From Thecamonas trahens ATCC 50062 (taxonomy: Eukaryota > Protista > Apusomonadida): DNA of 64,000 nt. The notes beneath the pieces were generated by a model. It searched no databases, was not told the origin of the DNA, and saw only the letters and a program-made list of their open reading frames with translations. Positions 36,218 to 46,125 of the stretch are shown in pieces. The translations under genes and the position numbers were made by a program. The stretch lies in assembly GCF_000142905.1 (NCBI RefSeq), contig NW_013657672.1:1-64000 (forward strand), written 5' to 3'. The stretch's first letter is position 1, and every line of letters begins with the position of its first letter.

Positions 36218-38137
36218 ATGGTGCTGGTGCTGGCCTGCATGATGGTGCAGGCGCTGTGGGTTGACACGGTAGGCGCGGCAACAGTGACAGTGACGACAAC
36301 GGCCGAGCTGACCAACGCCATCAACAACGCTGCTGCGGGTGACGTCATTCAGCTGCAGGGCGGGACGACATTTGCGTACTCGGGCATGACGCGGATCACT
36401 TGCGATGCAGATGGCACGGCCGCAAACCCGATCACGGTCCAGGGCCTGTCGGGCTCCAAGCTGACGTGGAGCCACACGTCGAACTACATCGAGGGCTTTG
36501 TGGTCGAGGGCAAGCACTGGCACTTTCGCGATCTGGACATCCAGGGCCTCTGCACCTCGGCCAACCATCGGTACTGCGAGCATGCCTTCCACGTGGTCAA
36601 AGACGCCGACTTTTTTGTCCTCCGCGACTCCAAGGTCGTCGACTTTAACGCGCAGGTCAAGCTCAACGGCGCCGGGCCCAACACCAACACGTTCCCGGAC
36701 GACGCCCTCTTCCTCAACAACGAGATCTATGACACGGCGGGGCGCGCCACTTCGAACCCGGTGACCAAGTTCAACATTGATGGTGGCTACCGCCACGTGG
36801 TCCGTGGCAATCTCATCTACGACGGCCAGAAGCTCCAAGGCAACACCGTATCGTACCAGACGTTCATCAAGTCGAATGCTCAGTTTGGTGTGTACGAGGA
36901 CAACCTCATCATCTGCTCTCGATTCCACACCGGCGGCGTCCGCATCGGCATGTCGTTTGGCGGCGGCGGGACCTCGCCCGACTCGATCTGCATGGATCTT
37001 ACGTGTAACCCCGAGTCGCGCGATGGCATCATGCGCAACAACATCGTCGCCAACTGCAACGACGTTGGCATCTACCTCAATGAGGCTCGCGACACCAAGA
37101 TCTACAACAATCTCTTGTTTGCCACCAACGGCATCGACGTCCGCTTCGCCACCTCGACCGCCGACATCCGCAACAACATCGTCGCCGGCGGCTCCATCCG
37201 CAACCGCAACGGCGGCACCTCAACAACCTCGGCCAACTGGATCACCACGCCCGCCAACGCGCAGACCGCCTTTACAGACCCGGACAACTACGATTTTACT
37301 CTCTCGACCGACACATCGCTCCGCTCTAGCTTTATCGACGCCGGCGAGGTCGTGGCCGAGGTGACCACCGACTACTGCGGCCGCACATGGACAGCTCCCC
37401 GCGACATTGGCGCGCTCGACTACTCGCGCGGCCCATGTGATACCACCGACCCCCGCAACGTTGTCGTGCCGCCCTCGCCACCGCCATCACCGCCGCCGCC
37501 CTCGCCCTCGCCGTCGTCATCGCCCTCGCCGCCGTCGTCGCCCTCGCCGCCATCATCACCCTCGCCGCCATCGTCACCCTCGCCGCCGTCGTCACCGCCG
37601 CCGCCACCGCAGGGCGGCGCCACCGCTGGCGCTGTCGACCAGGCTACTGCGCCCAACTCGGATTCGGGCACAGGCTCGACCGTCGCCGTTGTCGGCGCCA
37701 GCATCGGAGTTGTCATCCTCTGCCTTGTTGCCGTCGTTGTAGTCCTAGTCGTCCGCTCCCGGCGGCAAGGCTCGTCATCTGCCGAGTACAAGGCCGACGA
37801 CGGCATGTCTTTCGAGCTTGCGTCGGCCGAGCCCTACACGCACAGCGCCTCGCTGCCGCCCACGCCTGCTGCGCGGCCGATGGCCGCAAAGCCCAAGCCG
37901 CTGCCCAAGTCCGGAGCTGATCCGCTGGCGCCCAAGCCGGCTCCCAAGCCGCTCCCGCCCAAGCCGTCCCAGACTCGCCGGATGAAGTTTGAGTTTACCG
38001 CCGGCGCCGACGACGAGCTCGCCCTTGCGGCCGGTGCAGAGGTCCAGATCATCGAGGAGTTTGATGACGGCTGGGCCGCCGCCTGCTCGGTCGCCACCGG
38101 CGAGCGTGGCATCATCCCTGTGGCCTACCTCGAGTGA
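36218..38137 (+). CDS. Type I membrane protein: right-handed beta-helix ectodomain, Ser/Pro stalk, TM segment, SH3
   Basis: Signal MVLVLACMMVQALWVDTVGA; TAELTNAINNAAAGDVIQL cap; Asn-ladder repeats (RNNIVANC, IYNNLL); DIGALDY; (PSSPSP)n; TM VVGASIGVVILCLVAVVVVLVV; SH3 FEFTAGADDELAL..DDGW..GIIPVAYL. Confidence 0.9.
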   Translation: MVLVLACMMVQALWVDTVGAATVTVTTTAELTNAINNAAAGDVIQLQGGTTFAYSGMTRITCDADGTAANPITVQGLSGSKLTWSHTSNYIEGFVVEGKHWHFRDLDIQGLCTSANHRYCEHAFHVVKDADFFVLRDSKVVDFNAQVKLNGAGPNTNTFPDDALFLNNEIYDTAGRATSNPVTKFNIDGGYRHVVRGNLIYDGQKLQGNTVSYQTFIKSNAQFGVYEDNLIICSRFHTGGVRIGMSFGGGGTSPDSICMDLTCNPESRDGIMRNNIVANCNDVGIYLNEARDTKIYNNLLFATNGIDVRFATSTADIRNNIVAGGSIRNRNGGTSTTSANWITTPANAQTAFTDPDNYDFTLSTDTSLRSSFIDAGEVVAEVTTDYCGRTWTAPRDIGALDYSRGPCDTTDPRNVVVPPSPPPSPPPPSPSPSSSPSPPSSPSPPSSPSPPSSPSPPSSPPPPPQGGATAGAVDQATAPNSDSGTGSTVAVVGASIGVVILCLVAVVVVLVVRSRRQGSSSAEYKADDGMSFELASAEPYTHSASLPPTPAARPMAAKPKPLPKSGADPLAPKPAPKPLPPKPSQTRRMKFEFTAGADDELALAAGAEVQIIEEFDDGWAAACSVATGERGIIPVAYLE

Positions 38138-38162
38138 GCCGACTAAACCCAGCTCCCTTTTC

Positions 38163-38608
38163 TCACCCGCCGTGCAGTGTCGAGATGAGCGTGATCTCGT
38201 CGCCCGGAGTCACAACAGCCTCGTTCTCGCCCAGCAGTGCCCAATCGGCGTCGTTGATGAGAACGAGAATGCCCGGACGGACCTCACCATCAAGCATAAG
38301 CATGTCTCCACGATCCTTGGCCACGAGCGTCTCGCCCATCAGCTCGTTCAGCACCTCGATCAGCCGCACGTTGTCTGTCTTGGCCATGTGCACGCTCACC
38401 TCGCTCGCGCCACCAAACAGCACATCAAGCCCGCCGCTGCAGCGCCCAGCCCCACATCGCCAGCCGGATCCATTGTCGTCGACAACGATGAGTTTGCGAC
38501 CGTCCCTCTCCTTCGCTCGCCCTCGCTCGCCCTCTTGCTCTTCCACTCTCCCGCCCGCTACCATCCATCCACACACCCCACGTACGACAAGTGTACAGTC
38601 ACGTCCAT
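38163..38608 (-). CDS. URM1: Ubiquitin-related modifier 1 (exons 38608-38586, 38436-38163)
   Basis: Spliced product MDVTVHLSGGLDVLFG...VRPGILVLINDADWALLGE...ISTLHGG. Intron gtacgt...ctgcag. Confidence 0.95.
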
Positions 38609-39226
38609 GATGTGTGCCTATGCGGATGGGTAGCCCTGAGAATAAAGTGACGAGCCAGAACACGAGCGTCCAAGTCGAGTGCTCGAGCCTACGACGTGAG
38701 CAGTGGTTGGTGGGCAGCGCCCGGTACGCCGCCACGCCCACTCCTGACCTCATCCGGGCACACCTGCGACTTGATGCGAAGCTGTCTTCTACAACTCCTA
38801 GGCGCCATGTTCCACACTGCCAGTGCATCACGGGATCGTCACCATCGAAGCAGAGATCCAATCTTGCGCATCCGTCGTGCTTCTCTCCCCAACACCGAGC
38901 ATTGGAGACTTTGATCTAGTCTTGTACCCACCCACACTCTTTCACAGCCACCGATCCCGATCCGATCCCGTGCCAATCATACTCTTCCGACTCGATCCAG
39001 CCTATCATATCACCTAGATCAAAGCCGATGGCGACAGACAATGGTCAAGAGCGTGGCAGACGTTGACAGGCCAGCCCGGCCGACACGGTCACCACCTCAA
39101 CACACACAGAGCTACTGGCACCACTCGACTCTGCCAGCGTCGTCTGTCTCACCCCCCCCCCCTCCACCCCCTCCACCCACACCCACCCATCCACCTCTAC
39201 CCACATACATACACGCATACATAGGC

Positions 39227-40182
39227 ATGCTTCGGTTCACACTCATCCACCGCGTGTCTGATGGCAACCCTCTGTGTGAGACCATTGACGAGGGTGACCG
39301 AGTACGTGACAAGGACCGAGGCAGGGGGGGCACGCACACACACACACACACATACATACATACATACATCATACATACATACACATACATACATACATAC
39401 ATACACATACATACATACATACATACACACACACATGACACATGAATCTAGTACAGTGGTGTGGTACAGGGTCACTCACATGGTTTGCCTCTCTCCCCTT
39501 CCTCCCCGCGAGGGAACAGACGGTGCAAAAGACGCTCGCGCAGTGCAAGACGGATGCAAAGGCAGTGATGGCAAAGCTGGGCGGATCAAACTCGGGAGGC
39601 GTTGGGAGCTACTCGGGAGGTGCCACGAGCAAGACTTCTGATCAGCATGGGAGTGTGGATACGAGAAAGGGCTTCTGCTTCCACTACCTTCGCCGGGATG
39701 ACGTGGTGTATCTCACTTGCGCAGACAAGGGCTTCAAGTCTGAGCTCGCCCTTCACTTTCTCCACACTGCTGCTGATGACTTTGCTGGCCGTTATCCTGC
39801 CACTGCCGTAGCCGACGCCATGCGCCCGTTTGCTTGCATCGACTTTGAGCCGACGCTCGCCAAGGCGCAGACACGCTACAACCGCGACGCGGCCGATGGC
39901 AACCCGCAGAATCAGCAGCGGATCTCAGAGATGGAGGCCATCAACTCGGAACTCTCCGAAGTCTCGCACCTCATGTCACAGAACATCGAGGACGTCCTGC
40001 TCCGCGGCGAGGGCCTCGACTCGGTCTTTGAAAAGTCGCAGCGCCTCCGCCACTCTTCGTCCAAGTTTGCCAAGCAGACCAAGTACCTCAACTGGCTGGC
40101 CAAGTGGCGGACCTACGGCCCCTTTGCCGCCGTCGCCGTCCTTGTTTTCTTCTTCATCTACATTCGCATGTATTGGTTTTAG
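39227..40182 (+). CDS. SEC22: R-SNARE Sec22 (exons 39227-39301, 39520-40182)
   Basis: Longin domain (IHRVSDGNPLCE, FHYL, RPFACIDFE), SNARE motif MSQNIEDVLLRGE and a C-terminal TM. Phase-0 intron gtacgt...gaacag. Confidence 0.93.
39335..39435. repeat. (CA)n/(TACA)n microsatellite inside the SEC22 intron
   Basis: Visible catacata and cacaca tracts. Confidence 0.9.
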
Positions 40183-40243
40183 CACCCGCCGCCAGCGGCT
40201 AGCTTTGGCTGCAGACTAGGCTTCTTGCTGCTGCTCTTGCCAC

Positions 40244-41506
40244 TTAGATCTCGCGGTACGCATCGGCGCTCTGCTTGACAAGGAACGCCAGCCCGGTCGA
40301 CGCAATGTACAGCATGCCCGCAATGAAGCAGAAAAAGTACGAATACGAGGCATGGAGCGACACTTCCTTCGACCCAAGATTGATCTTCTGCTTGTACGAC
40401 TCGCTTCCGTACACGATGCCGGCGTACAGAATCCACGCCATGGTCCCTGTCGCCGCCGCAAAGCCCGAGCCCGCCAGCAACGCCAGCGCACGCAGCGCCG
40501 GCGTCAGTCCGGGAATGGCAATGTCCACAATCATCAGCCCCGCAAGCGCAGCAGCTGCCACACCGCCCAGCAGTGCCATGATCATGAACGCCAGCGTCGC
40601 AGATCCGCCCGTCTTGAACGGGTTCGTCACCTCCTTGCCGTTCTGCAGGTACGTCTTCTTCTCGTACTTGTCGCTGCACATCCACGCCCATCGCCCCATC
40701 CATGAGTCAGCGAACCCGCTCCATCGTTCCCCGCCTTTGGATGCCATGCCGCACATGCGTGCCTGCCTCACCCATGCCTCCATCCACTGCGTGACCACGA
40801 CCGCCTCCACACCATGCCACCTGTTGGTGCCACACAGGCCAGGTAGCAATCGAGACGCGCCTTGATGCACAAAGCTGCATCACCACCTCGAATCATGCCT
40901 GTGCTGCCTCTGCCTCCATCACGCGGCATGCGGTCGAACGCTTTCGCCAAACTAGCACATGACCGACAATCACGCAGGCCGCCAGCCCCTCCCATGTCCA
41001 CACCACGAGCACCACCAGCATCACCTTCAGCCTCCACACACTTCCACATCCCTTCTACTACCATACTCAATCTGACAAGCTCATCACTTTGCATGACGTT
41101 CGTAGAGCTGGTTGAAGTGCATGGCGACCACGAGAGGTTCGGCTCTAAAAAAAATCCACCAAATGACCTTTGCGTGACAGGAGTCCGGCCAGAAGGCACG
41201 GAAAGGAAGGACCAGCGGGATAGACTGGTGGGAAGTGGAGCGGAGAAAGGGCGGGAGGGAGGGCGAGAAGGAGGGGGGGAGAGAGGGGGGGGGGGAGGGG
41301 GGGGGAGGGGGGGGGGGGAGTACGTACCAGCTCTTGCTGCCGCCAATCTTGGCGGTATCCTGGCAATACTTGGAGAGGCCATACTCAAAGTGGACGTCCG
41401 AGTCCTTGTACTCGGCCCAGCCAAGGGTGGCCATGGCGATGATGGAGAGCAGAATAGCTCCGGCGAGGCAGCCCGTAAGGGCAAGGAGCTTCGGGTTGAG
41501 GTTCAT
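40244..41506 (-). CDS. Claudin/PMP22-superfamily-like tetraspan protein (exons 41506-41328, 40673-40244)
   Basis: Spliced product: TM1, then W-x12-GL-x3-C-x11-C (the second Cys codon spans the junction), TM2-TM3, YSYFFCFIAG before TM4, C-terminal YREI. Intron gtacgt...gtgcag, 654 nt. Confidence 0.8.
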
Positions 41507-41554
41507 CACTGCTATGTTCTAGCGTGGCGTGAGGTGGTCGCCAATTGGTTGGTC

Positions 41555-41571
41555 TGCTGCTGCTGCTGCTG

Positions 41572-41600
<29 letters not shown>
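41555..41600. repeat. (CTG)n/(CTGTCG)n microsatellite
   Basis: Direct inspection. Confidence 0.9.
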
Positions 41601-41621
<21 letters not shown>

Positions 41622-41692
41622 TCGCTTGTGTCGCCGTCGATCTGCCCGCCGCCGTCGATCTGCCCGCCGCCGTGCCTCCTCCCCACCCCCCT

Positions 41693-41969
41693 NNNNNNNN
41701 NNNNNNNNNNNNNNNNNNNNNNNNNNNNNNNNNNNNNNNNNNNNNNNNNNNNNNNNNNNNNNNNNNNNNNNNNNNNNNNNNNNNNNNNNNNNNNNNNNNN
41801 NNNNNNNNNNNNNNNNNNNNNNNNNNNNNNNNNNNNNNNNNNNNNNNNNNNNNNNNNNNNNNNNNNNNNNNNNNNNNNNNNNNNNNNNNNNNNNNNNNNN
41901 NNNNNNNNNNNNNNNNNNNNNNNNNNNNNNNNNNNNNNNNNNNNNNNNNNNNNNNNNNNNNNNNNNNNN
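41693..41969. other. Assembly gap (N run)
   Basis: Run of n. Confidence 0.99.
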
Positions 41970-42135
41970 CCAGACCGAGGCCGTCCGATCTGCCCGCCCG
42001 CCCGTCGCCTCCTCCCCACCCCCACCCCCCCCCACCCCACCACACACACACAAGGCAGCGATGACGCCCATACTTTTGATTAGCTCCTGGTCGTACTCTT
42101 CGCCATGCTCGTTCCCGTTTGCTCCGGCATCGCAG

Positions 42136-42764
42136 CTACATTGCTCCAGCCACAGACTGCACCACGTTGCCCACAAACACAGCCTTGCGCGCGGTGTAAG
42201 TCGACCGATCGTGGCTGTGCGCTTCGGCGAGCGCAATCTTGAGCTCGGCGTACTCGGCTGCAAGCTGGGGGAGCTGCGGAGCGCATCGCGGAAGACTAAA
42301 AACTGGTTTCCCTGCTCCGAGACATGTGGCACCACGTGCAGGTGGGCTCGATGTGCCGCGCCGGCTGCGTCCCACGCGCGAAAGTACCTGCGCTCGCCCA
42401 GCATGGCGTTGTACTCGGGCGATGTGAACCAGCCGGCATGCGGAAAGTGCGGGACCACGATCTCATCGACTTCTGCGAGAGAGGCAAACGGGACAACGCA
42501 GAGAACGTCGATGACCGGCTTAGCCGGTATACCCGGCACAGCCGTTGATCCGATGTGCTCGAGCCGCATGCCGTCCGCCATCTCGATCGCCCGATCATCT
42601 ACCGACCCCAGTCCCCTTATCAAGCTCTCCACCTCGCACATCACTTCTTCCGCCATTGCCTGCCACTCGCTCGCCTCCCGCTCTTCAAGCACAACCTTCG
42701 GCGGCGGGCGATGCGAGTCGTCAGGCAGTTCCCCCGCAAGGTTCGACCAGCCTGTCTGACACAT
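42136..42764 (-). CDS. GrpB/UPF0157 nucleotidyltransferase-fold protein; frameshift near 42268
   Basis: EHIGSTAVPGIPAKPVIDV, HLHV and FLVFRDALR; after a 1-nt shift, LAAEYAELKIALA..DRSTYTARKAVFV. Start uncertain. Confidence 0.88.
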
Positions 42765-43192
42765 CGCCTCAGCACAGATGCCACGACCCGTACCAGCCAT
42801 CATACGCTCTCTTGCCCTCGAGCCAACCTGCACCACGCTTCTTCCCGCTCCTTGCCCACCACCTTGTCCGCGAGCGTGCCCCAGACACAGAGAGTGTGAG
42901 AGAGAGAACGGTCTTGCCTTTGAACCTCGCCCCGATCCCCCATGCCTACTCGCCCTGGCTGCTCCCCCTCGCCCCGCCTGCTGCCGCCGTTCCGTCTGCC
43001 TTCTTCGCCCCAACCCACCCTGTGCCACCCCGATTCCGATCATGCTCTCCCTCTCCCCGCCCGTCCGATCTCACCCCCTCCCCACCCCCATCACCCACAT
43101 CCACACGTAAACACCCCCTACATCCCCCTCCCTCCCCCCCCCCCCCCCTGATCCCACCCTTCACGAAGACACTCAACTCAAGGTCACATAGC

Positions 43193-44182
43193 ATGGACGA
43201 CGAACGGTTCGACGGTCTCCTCCTGGGCATTGCTCAACAGCAGCAGGGCATTGACGGACTGCTGGCTACTTTCTTTGGCTTCCTCGGGCGGAAGACTGAC
43301 TTCTTCACCGGTGCGGGTGCTCCTCATGCTCGCAAGGTCGTCCTCAAGTCCTTCAAGGCTGCTCATGCTCGCTTTGCTGCCGCTCCCGAGTCGGATTCGG
43401 ATGATGAGGCTACGCCAGCCACCACCACCACAACAACAACCACTGCCACGACCACCACTACCAGTGCTGCTGCCGCCGAGCCGATGGCCCGTGGCATCGA
43501 GGAGATCGCCTCGGATGATGACGATGAGCCCGCGTCGGCGCCGCCGCCGACGTCGGCGGCGGCTGTCACCACATCGACGTCGGAAGAGATCGGTGCTGGT
43601 GGACGGGTGCTCTCGGGAGTGATCGAGGAGGATGAGGACAACGCCGACGATGTAGGCAAGCTTATGCCCAACCCGGCCAACGGCGCCAACCTCAAGAACT
43701 ACTTCTGGGGCCAGTCGCTGCAGGAGGTCGACATCACCGTCCCGCTCGGCGTCGACTTTAAGGTCCGCTCGCGCGACTGCGCCGTCTCCATCTCTAAGAA
43801 CCGCATCTCGGTCGGCCTCAAGAACGCCACTCCTATTCTTGCCGGTGAGCTCGAGGACGATGTCCGCGTCGACGACTGCGTCTGGACCCTGGAAGACTCG
43901 TCGACTGTCTGCATCACCCTCACCAAGTCCAACCAGATGGCCTGGTGGTCCGCCGTTGTCAAGGGTGAGCCGGCCATCGCCACAAGGAAGGTCCAGCCCG
44001 AGAACTCCAAGCTCTCCGACCTGGATCCCGAGACCGCCTCCATGGTTGAGAAGATGATGGAGAACCAGAAGCGCAAGGCCCAGGGCATGCCCAGCATCGA
44101 AGATGAACAGAAGATGGCTGCCTTTGAGTCGTTCAAGGCCCAGCATCCCGAGCTCGACTTTTCACAGGCAAAGATCCAGTAA
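43193..44182 (+). CDS. NUDC: Nuclear migration protein NudC
   Basis: ERFDGLLLGIAQQ..FFGFLGRKTDFF, CS domain (PNPANGA..YFWGQSLQEV), KVQPENSKLSDLD.ET and HPELDFS. Confidence 0.95.
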   Translation: MDDERFDGLLLGIAQQQQGIDGLLATFFGFLGRKTDFFTGAGAPHARKVVLKSFKAAHARFAAAPESDSDDEATPATTTTTTTTATTTTTSAAAAEPMARGIEEIASDDDDEPASAPPPTSAAAVTTSTSEEIGAGGRVLSGVIEEDEDNADDVGKLMPNPANGANLKNYFWGQSLQEVDITVPLGVDFKVRSRDCAVSISKNRISVGLKNATPILAGELEDDVRVDDCVWTLEDSSTVCITLTKSNQMAWWSAVVKGEPAIATRKVQPENSKLSDLDPETASMVEKMMENQKRKAQGMPSIEDEQKMAAFESFKAQHPELDFSQAKIQ

Positions 44183-44366
44183 CATCCACTCTCCGCCCTC
44201 AACCCTTGTGCCCACCCACCCACCCGCGCCCGCCCACCCGCTGTCACCGCAGGCTGCCCCCGCCCACCCCACCCCAACCACCCCCCCCCCCACCACACAC
44301 ACACACACACGCCACCACCACCACCCCGTCACCCCTCTTCACCCACCCCGCCCCATCCGTCACACC

Positions 44367-45060
44367 ATGCAGTCCATGCGCGGAGTCGCTGCAGCCGTTG
44401 CTGCCAACAGGCCCATTGTTGTCGGCCTCTGCGGTGGCATTGCCTGCGGCAAGTCGTCCGTCCGGGAGGAGCTGGCCAAGCTTGGCGCTGCCACCATCGA
44501 CGCGGACAAGGTCGGCCACGAGCTGTACACGCCGGGCCATCCAGTGGCGATGGCCGTCGGTGACGCTTTTAACGTCGCTACTCCTGATGGTGGCGTTGAT
44601 CGCAAGGCTCTTGGCGCCGCCGTCTTTGGCAACAAAGACGCCATGAAGCAGCTGACCGACATTGTGTGGCCGGCCATCGCCAGCAACCTCGAGCGCCGCA
44701 TCACCGACATTGCCGCCGCCCCGCCTGCTCCGGCATCCGGCAGCATGCCGGTCACCATCATCGAGGCTGCTGTCCTCCTCGAGGCCGGCTGGCAGTCGAT
44801 GGTCGACGAGGTCTGGGTCGTGTCGGTCGCCCGCGACGTCGCCGTTGCCCGCGTCGTCGAACGCGGCTTCACCGAGGAGACAGCACGCCCGCATCGACTC
44901 GCAGATGTCCAACGATGAACGCCTTGCCCACGCTCACCGCTCCATCGACACCTCTACCCCCAAGGACGAGCTCGCCGCCAAGGTTCGCGCCGTCTGGGAC
45001 GCTCTCCAGGCCGACGCCGCCGCAGCAGCAGGCCCAGCCGGCGACGAGCCCTCATCGTAA
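44367..45060 (+). CDS. Dephospho-CoA kinase (CoaE/DCAKD-like); frameshift near 44887
   Basis: P-loop VGLCGGIACGKS, IDADKVGH, DRKALGAAVF, LTDIVWP and EAAVLLEAGW; after the shift, ARIDSQMS. Confidence 0.9.
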
Positions 45061-45068
45061 ACCTTCCA

Positions 45069-45641
45069 TCACGGCCGCGGCGACGCCGGTGCTGCCGCCA
45101 CAATCGACGCCCGCCTTCCCAGTCGCGCTGTCACCACCGTGTTCGACACAGCAGGACTCAGCGGCGCCGACATCGTCCGCCCAGCGCCACTCTCCCGCCT
45201 CACGTCAACCACACTGCCGACTCCAAGCCCATGCCTGTCCCGCCCGGCCGATCCCTTGCCATTGCCCTTCTTTGCCTTTCCCTTGCCCTTCTTTGCCTTT
45301 CCCTTGCCCTTCTTTGCCTTGTTCTTGCCCTTCTTTGCCTTGCCCTTGCCCTTCTCCTTCGCCTGCTGTGCGCCCACTCCCATCCTCAGCAGCACTTCGG
45401 GCGTCGAATCCCTCCGCAGCCGCCCACTCGCCCCCACCGCCGCCAACGACGTCACTAGCCCTGATCCCGAGGTAGCCGACCGGCTCCGAAGCGCCCCAGA
45501 GCTGCTCCCCGCACCCCCAGACCCTGCGCCGCCACCCGGGCTCGCCGGTGGTGTGGCACCAGAGCCAGAGACCACCGACCCGCGCCGCCCGAGTTTGCTT
45601 GCCACCGTCAGCTCCACCATTTTGCTTCTACTCCCAGACAT
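45069..45641 (-). CDS. Hypothetical small basic low-complexity protein with KGKGKAK repeats
   Basis: ~190-aa ORF ending 8 bp from the CoaE stop, with in-frame 21-bp Lys/Gly repeats. No family recognised. Confidence 0.45.
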   Translation of the reverse strand: MSGSRSKMVELTVASKLGRRGSVVSGSGATPPASPGGGAGSGGAGSSSGALRSRSATSGSGLVTSLAAVGASGRLRRDSTPEVLLRMGVGAQQAKEKGKGKAKKGKNKAKKGKGKAKKGKGKAKKGNGKGSAGRDRHGLGVGSVVDVRRESGAGRTMSAPLSPAVSNTVVTARLGRRASIVAAAPASPRP

Positions 45642-45860
45642 CACACACGAGTACACGGCCCCGTCCCCCACACTCGCCCTGCCGTGTAAAGTGGCGTGTC
45701 CTCACTCCCACCGCCACCGCCACCCCCACCCCCACCTCTCCCCTCCCGAGCCGCCCTCGCCACCCTCGCCGCCCTCCTCCGATCAGATCGCCGTCGCTCC
45801 CGATCACTCCTGCTTCACGACCTTTTTCCCCCCACCGCCCCCGCACACCCACACACCCAA

Positions 45861-45960
45861 NNNNNNNNNNNNNNNNNNNNNNNNNNNNNNNNNNNNNNNN
45901 NNNNNNNNNNNNNNNNNNNNNNNNNNNNNNNNNNNNNNNNNNNNNNNNNNNNNNNNNNNN
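45861..45960. other. Assembly gap (N run)
   Basis: Run of n. Confidence 0.99.
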
Positions 45961-46125
45961 GTATCCCCCGCCCACACCACCACACCACCACCCCCACCCC
46001 ACCACACACACACACACACCACACACACACACCACACACACACGCACACACACACACACATATCTCAACTCACCGTCCCACACAACCCTGTTCAGTATTC
46101 GCCGCCTCCGCCTCTCCACACCCAC

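Noticed and set aside
41025-41090. Possible intronic C/D snoRNA (GTGATGA...CTGA on the minus strand)
   Set aside because: I found no terminal stem or recognisable rRNA guide, and such short motifs arise by chance.
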